Origin: Octopus vulgaris
Taxonomy: Eukaryota
Reading direction: 5' to 3'
Assembly (NCBI GenBank): GCA_951406725.2
Contig: OX597825.1
Location: 15,996,001 to 16,060,000 of the forward strand
DNA length: 64,000 bases
The notes under the pieces are model-generated. The model saw only the letters and a program-made list of their open reading frames with translations, was not told the DNA's origin and searched no databases. This document shows, piece after piece, positions 23,821 through 37,310 of the stretch. Position 1 is the first letter of the stretch, and each line of letters opens with the position of its first letter. Position numbers and translations under genes: made by a program.

Positions 23821-25465
23821 CTGGCGACGATCACACTCGAATGGTGCTTTTCACAAATCTCTGACACGGGGGCTAATCCATGGCCCTGGCAACGATCACA
23901 CTCGAATGGTGCTTTTCACAAATCTCTGACCACGGGGGCTAATCCATGGCCCTGGCAACGATCACACTCGAATGGTGCTTTTCACATATCTCTGACACGG
24001 GGGCTAATCCATGGCCCTGGCAACGATCACACTCGAATGGTGCTTTTCACAAATCTCTGACACGGGGGCTAATCCATGGCCCTGGCAACGATCACACTCG
24101 AATGGTGCTTTTCACAAATCTCTGACACGGGGGCTAATCCATGGCCCTGGCAACGATCACACTCGAATGGTGCTTTTCACATATCTCTGACACGGGGGCT
24201 AATCCATGGCCCTGGCAACGATCACACTCGAATGGTGCTTTTCACAAATCTCTGACACGGGGGCTAATCCATGGCCCTGGCAACGATCACACTCGAATGG
24301 TGCTTTTCACAAATCTCTGACACGGGGGCTAATCCATGGCCCTGGCAACGATCACACTCGAATGGTGCTTTTCACAAATCTCTGACACGGGGGCTAATCC
24401 ATGGCCCTGGCAACGATCACACTCGAATGGTGCTTTTCACATATCTCTGACACGGGGGCTAATCCATGGCCCTGGCAACGATCACACTCGAATGGTGCTT
24501 TTCACAAATCTCTGACACGGGGGCTAATCCATGGCCCTGGCAACGATCACACTCGAATGGTGCTTTTCACAAATCTCTGACACGGGGGCTAATCCATGGC
24601 CCTGGCAACGATCACACTCGAATGGTGCTTTTCACATATCTCTGACACGGGGGCTAATCCATGGCCCTGGCAACGATCACACTCGAATGGTGCTTTTCAC
24701 AAATCTCTGACACGGGGGCTAATCCATGGCCCTGGCAACGATCACACTCGAATGGTGCTTTTCACAAATCTCTGACACGGGGGCTAATCCATGGCCCTGG
24801 CAACGATCACACTCGAATGGTGCTTTTCACAAATCTCTGACACGGGGGCTAATCCATGGCCCTGGCAACGATCACACTCGAATGGTGCTTTTCACATATC
24901 TCTGACACGGGGGCTAATCCATGGCCCTGGCAACGATCACACTCGAATGGTGCTTTTCACAAATCTCTGACACGGGGGCTAATCCATGGCCCTGGCAACG
25001 ATCACACTCGAATGGTGCTTTTCACAAATCTCTGACACGGGGGCTAATCCATGGCCCTGGCAACGATCACACTCGAATGGTGCTTTTCACATATCTCTGA
25101 CACGGGGGCTAATCCATGGCCCTGGCAACGATCACACTCGAATGGTGCTTTTCACAAATCTCTGACACGGGGGCTAATCCATGGCCCTGGCAACGATCAC
25201 ACTCGAATGGTGCTTTTCACAAATCTCTGACACGGGGGCTAATCCATGGCCCTGGCAACGATCACACTTGAATGGTGCTTTTCACATATCTCTGACACGG
25301 GGGCTAATCCATGGCCCTGGCAACGATCACACTCGAATGGTGCTTTTCACAAATCTCTGACACGGGGGCTAATCCATGGCCCTGGCAACGATCACACTCG
25401 AATGGTGCTTTTCACAAATCTCTGACACGGGGGCTAATCCATGGCCCTGGCAACGATCACGCTCG
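23821..25465. repeat. 65-bp tandem satellite, ~25 near-identical copies
   Basis: Unit ctggcaacgatcacactcgaatggtgcttttcaca(a/t)atctctgacacgggggctaatccatggcc. Phase recurs after 780 bp (12 x 65). Confidence 0.97.
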
Positions 25466-26859
25466 GATGTGCTTTTAACATTCCACTGGCACAAGTGCCA
25501 ATCAGGTGGTACAAACCACATGGTACTGGGTTCAGTCCCACTGCATGGCACCTTGGGCAAGTGTCTTCTACTATAGCCTTGGGCCGACTAAAGACTTGTG
25601 TGGATCTGGTAGATGGAAACTGAAAGAAACCCATCGTATATATGTATATATATACATATATATGTTTGTATGTCTGTGTTTGTCCCCCCAACATCACTTG
25701 ATAACCGATGCTGGTGTGCTTACGTCCCCATAACTTAGTGGTTCAGCAAAAGAGACCGATAATGTACTTAATTCCTCATCTCTTAAACATAGATGTGCTT
25801 TTAACATTCCACTGGCACAAGTGCCAATCAGGTGGTACTGTCATTGGCCACATCAGCAATTTCGATTTGTTTACACTTTCCTCAATAGGTCTTCGCAAGC
25901 AAAGTTCATTGTCCAATGAATGAAGGGTACTAATTAGACAGAATTGAAACAGTGCTGAATTAGATGGTTTGCATTTGGACAAAGTGGCCTAGTGGTTAGG
26001 GCATTTCACTTACAATCACTAGTTCGTAGTTTCAATTCTTGGACCAGGTGGAGTGTTGTGTTCTTGAGCAAAATATTCTTCATTTTCTTTACATTGCCCC
26101 AGTCCACTCAGCTGTAAATGAATAAACCTGAAATGGACTGGCATCTCACTCAGGGGAAATCCTGGGAGCTTTATTCTTTTGTTCTTTTATTTGTTTCAGT
26201 CATTTGACTGTGGCCATACTGGAGCACCGCCCTTAGTCGAGTAAATCAACCCTAGGACTTATACTTTGTAGGCCTAGTACTTATTTTATTGGTCGCTTTT
26301 GATGGACTGCTGAGTTATGGGGATGTAAATACACCAGCATCGGTTGTCAAATGATGGTGGTGGTGGTTGTGGGACACAAACACAGACACACAAACACACA
26401 TGCACACATACATATACATATATGTATGTATATATATATATATATATATACGATGGGCTTCTTTCAGTTTCCGTCTACCAAATCCACTCACAAGGCTTTT
26501 GGTCAGCCCAATGCTATAGTAGAAGACACTTGCCCAAGTTGCTATGCAATGGGACTGAACCTAGAACCATGTGGTTGGTAAGCAAGCTACTTACCACACG
26601 GCCAATCTTGGGCCTCATCACTTATGCACCATGGAAATTTGGTAACTGGCCCCATGAGCCCTAGAACTTGAAATTGTAACACCCAAGAGTTGATAGTTTG
26701 TATACATACATACATACATACATACATACATACATACATACATACATACATACATGTATGTATACACTCCATCAACAGTTGTATTTTAGGTTGGTCATTT
26801 AATTTGGGTTTTTTTTGTCAAATAAACACACATGCTATATATTTTTTCTTCACTTGTTT

Positions 26860-27112
26860 ATCACTGTTTTTATTTTATTATTTTAACTCCATTGTCCAGA
26901 AATTTTTTCATCACTCATCTCTGACCTCTTCAGCAACACTTTGTTTATATGTGGGTTCTTGCTCCACTTACTCCATTCTGTTCTTCTCTGGAGTAAGTTG
27001 AGCAAGAACATGCATGGAAACAAAAAGTGTCTCTGAAGAGGTCAGAGATGTGTGATGAAAAATTCCCGGACAATGGACATGAGTTACAATAATAAAGAAC
27101 GAGTGAAGAAAC
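26860..27112. mobile_element. imperfect palindrome with a hammerhead-like motif in each arm
   Basis: Arms flank a short spacer near 26980. + arm: ugucu-CUGAAGA-gguca...ugau-GAAA-aauuccc-ggaca (27028-27072). Confidence 0.55.
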
Positions 27113-27126
27113 AATATATAGTTTAT

Positions 27127-27301
27127 AGGCATAAGAGTGGATGCGTGGTAAGTAGCTTGCTTACCAACCACATGGTACTGGGTTCAATCTCACTGCATGG
27201 CACCTTGGGCAAGTGTCTTCTACTATAGCCTTGGGCCAACTAAAAACTTGTGAGTGGATTTGGTAGACGGAAACTGAAAGAAACCCATCGTATATATGTA
27301 T

Positions 27302-27355
<54 letters not shown>

Positions 27356-27590
27356 ATGTATATGTGTGTATATGTTTGTATGTCTGTGTTTGTCCCCCCA
27401 ACATTGCTTGACAACCGATGCTGGTTTGTTTACGTCCTCGTAACTTAGCAGTTCGGCAAAAGAGACCGATAATGTACATAATTCCTCATCTCTTAAACAT
27501 AGAACTGAGGTCAATTTGTTTGACTAAAACCCTTTGAGTCAGTCGCCCCAGCATGGCCACAGTCTAATGACTGAAACAAGTAAAAGATAT
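27127..27590 (+). mobile_element. chimeric SINE family A containing a Penelope-type tail fragment
   Basis: aatgtacataattcctcatct (27471-27491) equals 10012-10032 and replaces part of the normal SINE tail. Confidence 0.8.
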
Positions 27591-27976
27591 AAAAAAAGAC
27601 ATAGTCCCTTCCTTCAGTTTGGTATCTCTGCAAAAGACAAATGCAATGCAATATTGATGATGACATTTTCACCTTCTCTATATTATCTCCATGCTCTTTG
27701 ACAAATTTTCTGCTGGTTCCATCATCGTGTGTGGTATCATTAATTAATAATTATTCCTGCTTGCAGCAGAGTATGAATCACCATGAACAAATTTTCTCCA
27801 TCTATCCCTGCTCACTGTCACTGTATTGAGTTCTGTCCATGACTAAACATTGGTGCAGTACCATTTTAAGACTTGGGTTTTCAGTTTCCCTTTTCAGTTA
27901 TCTATTGTACCTTCCTGATAGATCTAGGAAAAACCACAGATTGAATGCATCAAGTGGTCAGACGCTTTACAGAATT

Positions 27977-28350
27977 ACTCTTTTACTCTTTTACTTGTTT
28001 CAGTCATTTGACTGTGGCCATGCTGGAGCACCGCCTTTAGTTGAGCAAATCAACCCCAGAACTTATTCTTTGGAAGCCTAGTACTTATTCTATCGGTCTC
28101 TTTTGCCGAACCGCTAAGTTACAGGGACATAAACACACCAGCATCGGTTGTCAAGCGATGTTGGGGGGACAAACACAGACACACAAGCACACACACACAC
28201 ATATATATACATATATACGATGGACTTCTTTCAGTTTCCGTCTACCAAATCCACTCACAAGGCTTTGGTCAGCCTGAGGCTATAGTAGAAGACACTTGCC
28301 CAAGTTGCCACGCAGTGGGACAGAACCCGGAACCATGTGGTTGGTAAGCA
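27977..28350 (-). mobile_element. SINE family A
   Basis: Reverse-complement match to family A. Confidence 0.88.
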
Positions 28351-28815
28351 GTCGTAGTTGTGTCATTTATCGCTGGGGTCCCCAATCACAGAGCCACAGA
28401 CCAGTTCTGTGCCATGGATCTTTTGGTACCAGACTGCACAGAAAAATTAAATCTTATAATTTTATTTCTATTATAGACTATCTTGTGCATGGCTTACTGG
28501 TTAGAGTATTGAGTTCACAATCATGAGGTAGTGAGTTCAATTCCCAGACCGGGCTGCATGTTGTGTTCTTGAGCAAGACACTTTATTTCACATTGCTCCG
28601 GTTCACTCATCTGTAGAAATGAGTTGTGACGTCACGGGTGCCAAAGTGTATCAGCCTTTGTTCTTTCCCTTGGACAACATCTGTAGCATGGAGAGGAGAG
28701 GCTGGCATGCATGGACAACTGTTGGTCTTCCATAAACAACCTTGTCCAAACTTATGCCTCAGTGGGTAACTTTCTAGGTACAATCACATGGTCTTTCATG
28801 ACCAAAGGAGGTCTT

Positions 28816-28869
<54 letters not shown>

Positions 28870-29875
28870 TTTAAATAATAAGGGTGAAAACTTGAATATT
28901 AATTTGAATAATATCAATTTAAAACCAGTGGCCTAGCATATTGAAAAATCTGAAGATTCAGAAAAATTATATTACATACATAAACAACCTCTTATATGTA
29001 TGTATATATATATATGTATTCCCAGGCTGTGTGTTGTCTTCTTGAGCAAGATACTTGATTTCACATTGTTCCAGTTCACTCAGCTGTAAAAATGAGTTGC
29101 GATGTCACAGGTGCCAAGCTGTATCAGCCTTTGCCTTTCCCTTGGATAACATCGGTGGTGTGGAGAGGGCAGGCTGGTATGCATGGGCAAGTCTTGGTCG
29201 TCCATAAACAATCTTGCTCAGGCTTGTGCCTTGGAGGAGAACTCTCTTGGTGCAATCCCATGGTCATTTGTGACTGAAGGGGGGTCTGTATAATATATAT
29301 GTGTTATGTATGTAATAATGGTGCATTTTATTGTGTTTTGTTATATATGTAATTCCTCCGCTCCATGGAAGAATTATCTTGCATGAAACCGGTCCATGGT
29401 GCAAAAACGATATGGGACTGATGATTTACTATATCTTTAGTAGTTCAACCCTGTCAAGTATTTATAAGTATGTACTGTATCAAAAAAACATTGGATAAAC
29501 TCTTAATGACCGTATCAGACCAGTCAACCATTCAAGGATAACACTCAGCAAAAATCAGCTGCCACAAACTCAATCATAGACCAATGTCCAGAAGATAAAC
29601 TGAGGCGGTGTTCCAGCATGGCCGCAGGCTTACAGCTAAAACCATTAAAGAAAATAAAATAATATGTATTTATGTGACCCTGCCAGTACTGATGCCACTT
29701 AAAAAGCATCAAGTCCACACTGTAAAATGGTTGGCATTTGGAAGGGCACCCAGCTGTAAAAACCTTGCCAAAACTGACCTCACCTGTGTTGGTGCCATGT
29801 AAAAAGCATTCTGCAGGGTGGTTGGTGTTAGGAAGAGCATCCAGCTATAAAAAAAAATACATGCCAAAATAGACA

Positions 29876-30300
29876 TAGGCGCAGGAGTAGCTGTATGGTA
29901 AGTAGCTTGCTTACCAACTACATGGTTCCTGGGTCAGTCCCACTGATGGCACTTTGGACAAGTGTCTTCTACTATGACCTCGGGCCGACCAAAGCCTTGT
30001 CAGTGGATTTGGTAGACGGAAACTGAAAGAAGCCCAACGTATATATGTATATATATATATATATGTGTGTGTGTGCGTGTGTTTGTGTGTCTGTGTTTAT
30101 ATCCCCAGCATCGCTTGACAACTGATGCTGGTGTGTTTGCGTCCCCCGTAACTTAGCAATTTGGCAAAAGTATCCGATAGAATAAGTACTAGGCTTGCAC
30201 AGAATATGTCCTGGGGTCGATTTGCTCGACTAAAGGCGGTGCTCCAGCATGGCCACAGCCAAATGACTGAAACAAGTAAAAGAGAGTAAAAGAAAAAGAG
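29876..30300 (+). mobile_element. SINE family A
   Basis: Full-length match to family A. Confidence 0.88.
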
Positions 30301-31065
30301 AGTGAAGCCAGGTGCAGTCTTCTGTCTGGCCAGCTCCTGTCAAAGCAGCCAACCCATACCAGCATGGAAAGCGAACTTTAGCTAATGATAATGATGATGA
30401 TGATGACGATGATGATGATTTAGCGTACATGCACTCATTTGTACCTGTGTATATACATGTAGTTTATTGTAAATCAGAGCTACAATGCATTCATATTTCT
30501 CTGCGAGGTATTGATCTGAATCCGGTAAATCAAACAGCCACATCAATGAAATATTTACTAATCTTTGCTAATACTCGACGTTATGCATGCCTCAGCATTT
30601 CCTCACTGTGCACTTGAATGCAGCTACTGTTGTTCTTCAGCTGCTAGTTGTTGTTATTGCTTTGGTTGTAATACTAATGATGGGTAATTCCTGTGAAGCG
30701 ATGGTTATGTGGTGGTGTTGGTGGTGGTGGTGGTGGTGGTGGTGGTGGTGGTGGTTGTGGTGGGGGTTATTCATGTAGTTATAAGTATGTATATATATGA
30801 CCCACTCACTCTGTCCGATACTCTGCGGACCCAACTCTCTTCACCAGTGATGACTTACTCTCTTTTACTCATTTGACTGTGGCCATGCTGGAGCACCGCC
30901 TTTAGTCGAGCAAATCGACCCCAGGACTTGTTCTTTGTAAGCTTAGTACTTATTCTATCGTTCTCTTTTGCCAAAGCGCTAAGTTATGGGGGATGTAAAC
31001 ACACCAGCATCGGTTGTCAGGTATTTATTTATATATATTTATTTATATATATGTATATTTATATA

Positions 31066-31218
<153 letters not shown>

Positions 31219-31949
31219 GTGTGTATGTGTGTGTGTGTGTGTGTGTATATATAATCCTATATATATATGTGTGTGTATATATATATAATGTATATATATG
31301 TCCAACTTTGATAGAAATAAGCATTCTTGACTGCTATTTCTATTTTTCGGTATGCGGTCAAGCAACCTGTTTTGCCTGTCCCTTTTTCTTATATACAATA
31401 TATATACTGAACTTTACAGAAGTTCCTGCCGGTTATCGGCTATATTTACATACCGAATTCTACCAGTAAATAATTGGGGTTTTTTTAAAAGCCTTTATAG
31501 AAATTATTTACTCTTATCATTATATAATGTATATATATATATATAATGTATGTATATATATATATATGTATACACACACACACACACACACATAATACAC
31601 ACACACACACTTGATGCTGATTATATACATGTGCATTTGTGTGCATTAATGCGTGTATGTTAATTAAAAGCTGAGCTTATTCATTCACTGTAATAAATTT
31701 CACAGTTTGAAGATTAACACAATGAAAAAAAAATTTCTAAAATTGAGAGAATATTTTTCAGACTGTTACTACACTCACTGAGAATTTGATTGGTTGGCAG
31801 AAAGAGAGAGAACAGAGCAGATGAGATGAAAGGAAGATACCATAAACAAGAATTGTATTAGGTGAAGAAATCAAACAGAGCATTGCATCTATACAAGAGC
31901 AGATAACTCTACGTGACTTGAGGATTATATTTAACTCTCTCTCTCTCTC

Positions 31950-32370
31950 TCTTTTTACTCTTTTACTTGTTTCAGTCATGTGACTGTGGCTATGCTGGAG
32001 CACTGCCTTTAGTCGAGCAAATCAACCCCAGGACTTATCCTTTGGAAGCCTAGTACTTATTCTATCGGTCTCTTATGCCGAACAGCTAAACACATCAGCA
32101 TCGATGTCAAGCGATGTTGCGGGGCACACACACACAAACATATACACACGCATACATACATACATGCATACATACATATATGCATACATACATATATATA
32201 TATATACGTATATACGACAGGCTTCTTTCAGTTTCCATCTACGTAATTCACTCACAAGGCTTTGGTCGGCCTGAGGTTATAGTAGAAGACACTTGCTCAA
32301 GTTGCCACACAGTGGGACTGAATCCAGAACCATGTGGTTCATAAGCAAGCTACTTACTGCACAGCCACTC
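31950..32370 (-). mobile_element. SINE family A
   Basis: Reverse-complement match to family A. Confidence 0.85.
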
Positions 32371-32629
32371 TATTTACTTGGAAATAAATAAGCAAATCAG
32401 GATAGAATGTAGATACAGGAGATGCAATTATTATTGTTATTATTATTATTATTACTTTTATTCTTATTGGTGTTAGGAGGGGCATCCAGCTGTAGAAACT
32501 TTGCCAGATCAGATTGAGCCTGGTGCAGCCTTCTGGCTCACCAGTTCTCAGTCAAACCATCCACTCCATGCCAGCATGGAAAGTGGACGTTAAATGATGA
32601 CAACAACAATGATGATGATGATGATGATT

Positions 32630-32773
32630 ACTTTTATTGGTACTTATTTAATCAACCCCATCATCAAAGGATGAAATGCAAAGTCGACCTAGGCAGAATT
32701 TGAACTCAGAACGTTAAGACAGATCAAATACAGCTAAGCATTTTGCTCAGCTTGCTACCGTTTCTGCCAGCTC

Positions 32774-32827
<54 letters not shown>

Positions 32828-33266
32828 TCCTTTCTACTATAGGCACAAGGCCTGAAATTAGGTGAGAAGAGTCTAGTTGATGACATTGACACCAATCTTT
32901 CACTGGTACTTAGTTTATTGACCCTGAGAAGATAAAAGGCAAAGTTGACCTCAGTGTAATTTGAACTCAGATCATTAAGACCTATGGAATGTTGCTGTGT
33001 ATTTTGCCCTGCAATGTTAATGGTTCTTCTAACTTGCCACCTTAATAATAATCCTTTCTGCTCTAGGCACATAGCCTGGATTTTGTGGGAAGGGGGACAG
33101 TCAATCACATCGACCCCAGTACTCAACTGGTGCTTAATTTATCAACACTAAATGGATGAAAGGCAAAGTTGACCTCGGCAGAATTTGAACTCAGAACGTA
33201 GCGACAGGTGAAATACCACTAAGTATTTCATCCAGTCAGCTAATGATTCTGCCAGCTCGCCACCTT
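32630..33266 (-). mobile_element. three tandem family B SINEs with the alternative tail (ggccttgtgcctatagtagaaagg + (ATT)n)
   Basis: Same head and core as family B but a different 3' tail; units separated by (AAT)n. Confidence 0.8.
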
Positions 33267-33291
33267 AATAATAATGATGATGATGATGATG

Positions 33292-33540
33292 ATGGAAGTG
33301 AAAAGAATTTATAGTGCTTCATAAGTGAGTGTGGTACCTACTGTGATTGGTGCACTTGGGGTCATGTCAAAGAGAGCAACATTCTGGCACCAAAAGCTGC
33401 AAATACCAAACTTCTTAGGAAATATTCAGATGGCAGCAATACGTAGAACAGCTCTTGTGTTGAGGAAAATGTTGCTTCTCTAATCTGCGGGATAGAGCTA
33501 AGATGTGACATAGAGTAATCAGAAGTTAAGTGAATAAAAA
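33292..33540 (+). mobile_element. R4/Dong-type LINE 3' fragment
   Basis: MEVKRIYSAS*VSVVPTVIGALG...IQMAAIRRTALVLRKMLLL* aligns with the C-terminus at 42250-42846. Flanked by GAT/AAT repeats. Confidence 0.75.
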
Positions 33541-33552
33541 ATGATGATGATG

Positions 33553-33619
<67 letters not shown>

Positions 33620-33761
33620 TAATAATAATAATAATAATAATCGTTTCTACAAAAGTTACTAGGCCTGAAATTTAGTGGGAGGTGACTAGTCGATTTTATT
33701 GACCCCAGTATTTCACTGGTACTTAATTTATTGACTCTGAATGGCAAAGCTGACCTTGGCA

Positions 33762-33809
<48 letters not shown>

Positions 33810-33816
33810 TAATAAT

Positions 33817-34361
33817 AAATGCCTTGATGCAGTACCAGGCAATGGCTCTCATGGCTTCTGGTCTTAACTGATTGGAAGTGTTATCATGTACATTGTTTTG
33901 TCTTGGTATAAAAGATGGGCTACAGCAAATATTCTGCTCAATACCACAGATTTGCTTGTCAGTTGTTTGACCTTAACCAGTTGAGCATGTCTCTTAGTGG
34001 CTGACGATATGTGCAGAGAAGTAATTGGGAAGCATAATAGCCATGTGTTGAGAGAAATTCTTTGGAAATTGAATAATTCACCTCTGGAAACATGGGTGTT
34101 TTGTTAAACATCCTTAAACAACCCTTATTCAGGAACCTTTTGAGTGGGATGGACTACTTACCCTGGAGAAAATTCTAACTGGGCCCCACCTGCAAGGTCA
34201 TGTACTGTTTATCTTGATATGAAATCACCATGCCATGCACATATGGTTGTGATGCATGTAGCTGGTGTATCCTTATCGGGTGGGTAGTCATGAGGGGTAT
34301 ACTGGGCTTCGTATATTTTACCCCAGTGTCACATTGATGGCATGCACTGCTCTCTCACTCA
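33817..34361 (+). mobile_element. non-coding retroposon-like element embedded in (AAT)n
   Basis: (AAT)n on both sides. Its last ~75 bp recur at 56266-56340, again followed by (AAT)n. Confidence 0.65.
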
Positions 34362-34386
34362 ATAATAATAATAATAATAATAATAA

Positions 34387-34670
34387 GGTACTGAAACCTA
34401 TTTGAAAATGATACCAGGCTTACCATCCCTACAGGAAATGCAAAAAATCTTGTTAACTGGAATGACTCATGTACTGAGAAGAGCATTATCACTGTGAAAA
34501 CAACATCCATCCATGAATTTATTTATTTATTAATTTTTTAAATACATATTTTACCTGTGAATTTGCATGTGTAATCTGGGAATGCATACAATGAGCTTCT
34601 CTGCCCTAGGTGTACGGAAAACACTTGGCGAGAAACGGAAGAAAATTTGAAGAAAGAAGGGAAAAATAAC
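34387..34670 (+). mobile_element. R4/Dong-type LINE 3' fragment (third subfamily)
   Basis: GTETYLKMIPGLPSLQEMQKILLTGMTHVLRRALSL* (stop at 34495-34497). (AAT)n on both sides. Confidence 0.75.
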
Positions 34671-34774
34671 AATAATAATGAAAATAATAATAATGATAAT
34701 AATAATAATAATAATAATAGTAATAGTAAATAATAATAATAATAATAATAATAGTAAATAATAATAATAATAAT

Positions 34775-34829
<55 letters not shown>

Positions 34830-35538
34830 TAATAATAATAATAATACATTGATTAAATAACTGATGAATATTTAGCAGTATTGAAATCGAACCAAAAATT
34901 AAAATTACTCTCAACTGATTCATTAGTGTAACAGTAGCTAATTGCTGATGCAAATGATTTCCCAATCAATCTATTGATCTTGTTGATTGCTTCACTGGTT
35001 GGTTGGTTTATTTGTTTGTTGGTCGGTCGGTCGGTTGGTTGGTTGGTTTACTGAGATAAATCGGTTGCCAGAAATGGCAGCGTGTTGTATCAATGAAGGA
35101 TTATTGAACGTTTCCAATAGACAATTGCAGCTTGATAAGTAAACGTGAATGAGAACAATAGATGACATTAGAAGATGTTATGGTTCAAAATGATCTCGGG
35201 TGGTGATGATGATGATGATGAGGAGGAAGAGGAGGAGAAAGTGATGGGGTTTTGTTTTTGTTTTTTGTTGTTGTGCTTATTGATTACAGTGAATCGTTAA
35301 TTCATTTAATTATGATATAAACAACACATAATTAGGAATAAAGATATATCTTAGGTATTTGATAAGATGTAAGAGCAGTTAAAAAAAATAGTGTGTGTTG
35401 GGGTGGAGGTGGGATACCCATGGAAAATCCATAGATGACAAATGTTCAGTTTTATAGGTTTAAATACATGCAACAAAGTGTATTTAAAGGGGTGGTTTTA
35501 ATGAAATATACATACGTATATTTAATGAAAAATACATA

Positions 35539-35712
35539 TAGGTGCAGGAGTGGCTGTGTGGTAAGTAGCTTGCTTACGAACCACATGGTTCCGGGTTCAT
35601 TCCCACTGTGTGTCACCTTGGGCAGGTGTCTTCTACTATAACCTTGGGCTGACCAAAATCTTGTGAGTGGATTTGGTAGACGGAAACTGAAAAGAAGCCC
35701 ATCGTATATATG

Positions 35713-35770
<58 letters not shown>

Positions 35771-35973
35771 TGTGTCTATGTTTGTCACCCCAGCTGGTTT
35801 GTCACCAATGCTGGTGTGTTTACGTCCCTGTAACTTAGTGGTTTGGCAAAAGAGACTGATAGAATAAGTACTAGACTTACAAAGAATAAGTCCTGGGGTC
35901 GATTTGATTGACTAAAGGTGGTGCTCCAGCATGGCCACAGTCAAATGACTGAAACAAGTAAAAGAGTAAAAGA
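35539..35973 (+). mobile_element. SINE family A
   Basis: Full-length match to family A. Confidence 0.88.
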
Positions 35974-36848
35974 GATACAACCATATATATAACTGGTTGT
36001 GTCATTAAGAAGCCTCCTTTCCAACCATGAGGCTTTTTATCCAGTTTCACTTCACAGCACCCTGAGCAAATCATCATCATCATCATCATCATCATTTAAC
36101 GTCCGTTTTCCATGCTGGTATGGGTTGGACGGTTTGATTGAGTGACCAACAAGTCAGTAGGCTGCTCCAGGTTCCAGTCTGATCTGGCAAGGTTTCTACA
36201 GCTGGATGCCCTTCCTAACAACTCCGAGAGTGTAGTGGGTGTTTTTTACATGCCACCAGCATGGGAGCCAGTCAGGGGGACTGGTATCAACCACATACGA
36301 ATGGTGCTTTTTACGTGCCATCGGCATGGGGAGCCAGTCAGGGGTCAATGGCATTGACCATGTTCAAATGGTGCTTATTATGTGGCACCAGCACGGGGAG
36401 CCAGTCAGGGGGCACTGGCACCAACCACATTCGAATGGTGTTTATTACATACCACTGGCACGGGGAGCCAGTGAAGGGGCACTGGTATCGACCATGTTCA
36501 AATGGTGCTTTTTATGTGCCACCAGCACAGGGACCCAGTCAGGTGGCACTGGCATTAGCCATGACTACAATTTCACTTGACTCAACAGGTCCTAGCCCTG
36601 GGCAGACTAAAACCTTGTGAGTGGATTTGGTTGACAGAAACTGAAAGAAGCCCAATTTATACTCCAAATAAATGTTTTCCTTGCGTGTTACAAGCACACA
36701 TATCTTTCTTTTTTCCTTTTATTTGTTTCATATATATATATATATACTTGTTTATATATGTATATATGTGTGTGTGTATATATATATATTCATCATCATC
36801 ATTATTGTTTAACCTCCACTTTCCATGCTGGCATGGGTGGGACAGTTT

Positions 36849-36913
<65 letters not shown>

Positions 36914-36918
36914 TTATA

Positions 36919-36986
<68 letters not shown>

Positions 36987-37112
36987 AAATTACAGGGTAA
37001 ATGTTTTTTTAATTTTCTCCTGGTTTGCGGAATTAATGTTATTTTGCGGTTGAAGCTTTGGCTGTTATTTCTAGTGGGTGAATGGCCTATTATGGCCGTT
37101 CCTTGATTGTGA

Positions 37113-37144
<32 letters not shown>

Positions 37145-37159
37145 CATATATATATATAT

Positions 37160-37310
37160 AACGGGAAGCTTTATGAAAATAAATAAAAGACGAAGGCAGG
37201 TGGAGTACAAACAAACAATTGTATTAGTATGGCGCTCAGGAATATAAATAAAACAAGTCTTTTACGTTTCGAGCCTACGCTCTTCAACAGAAAGATACAT
37301 GGAGAGAAAC
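37160..37310 (-). mobile_element. Penelope-type terminal repeat with minimal hammerhead-like motif (37258-37295)
   Basis: Minus strand: ucuuu-CUGUUGA-a-gagc[guag]gcuc-GAAAC-GUA-aaaga (A6U variant). (TA)n on both sides. Confidence 0.6.

Noticed and set aside
23821-25465. CRISPR-like array
   Set aside because: Units are contiguous and near-identical with no unique spacers, there are no cas genes, and the context is a eukaryotic LINE UTR.
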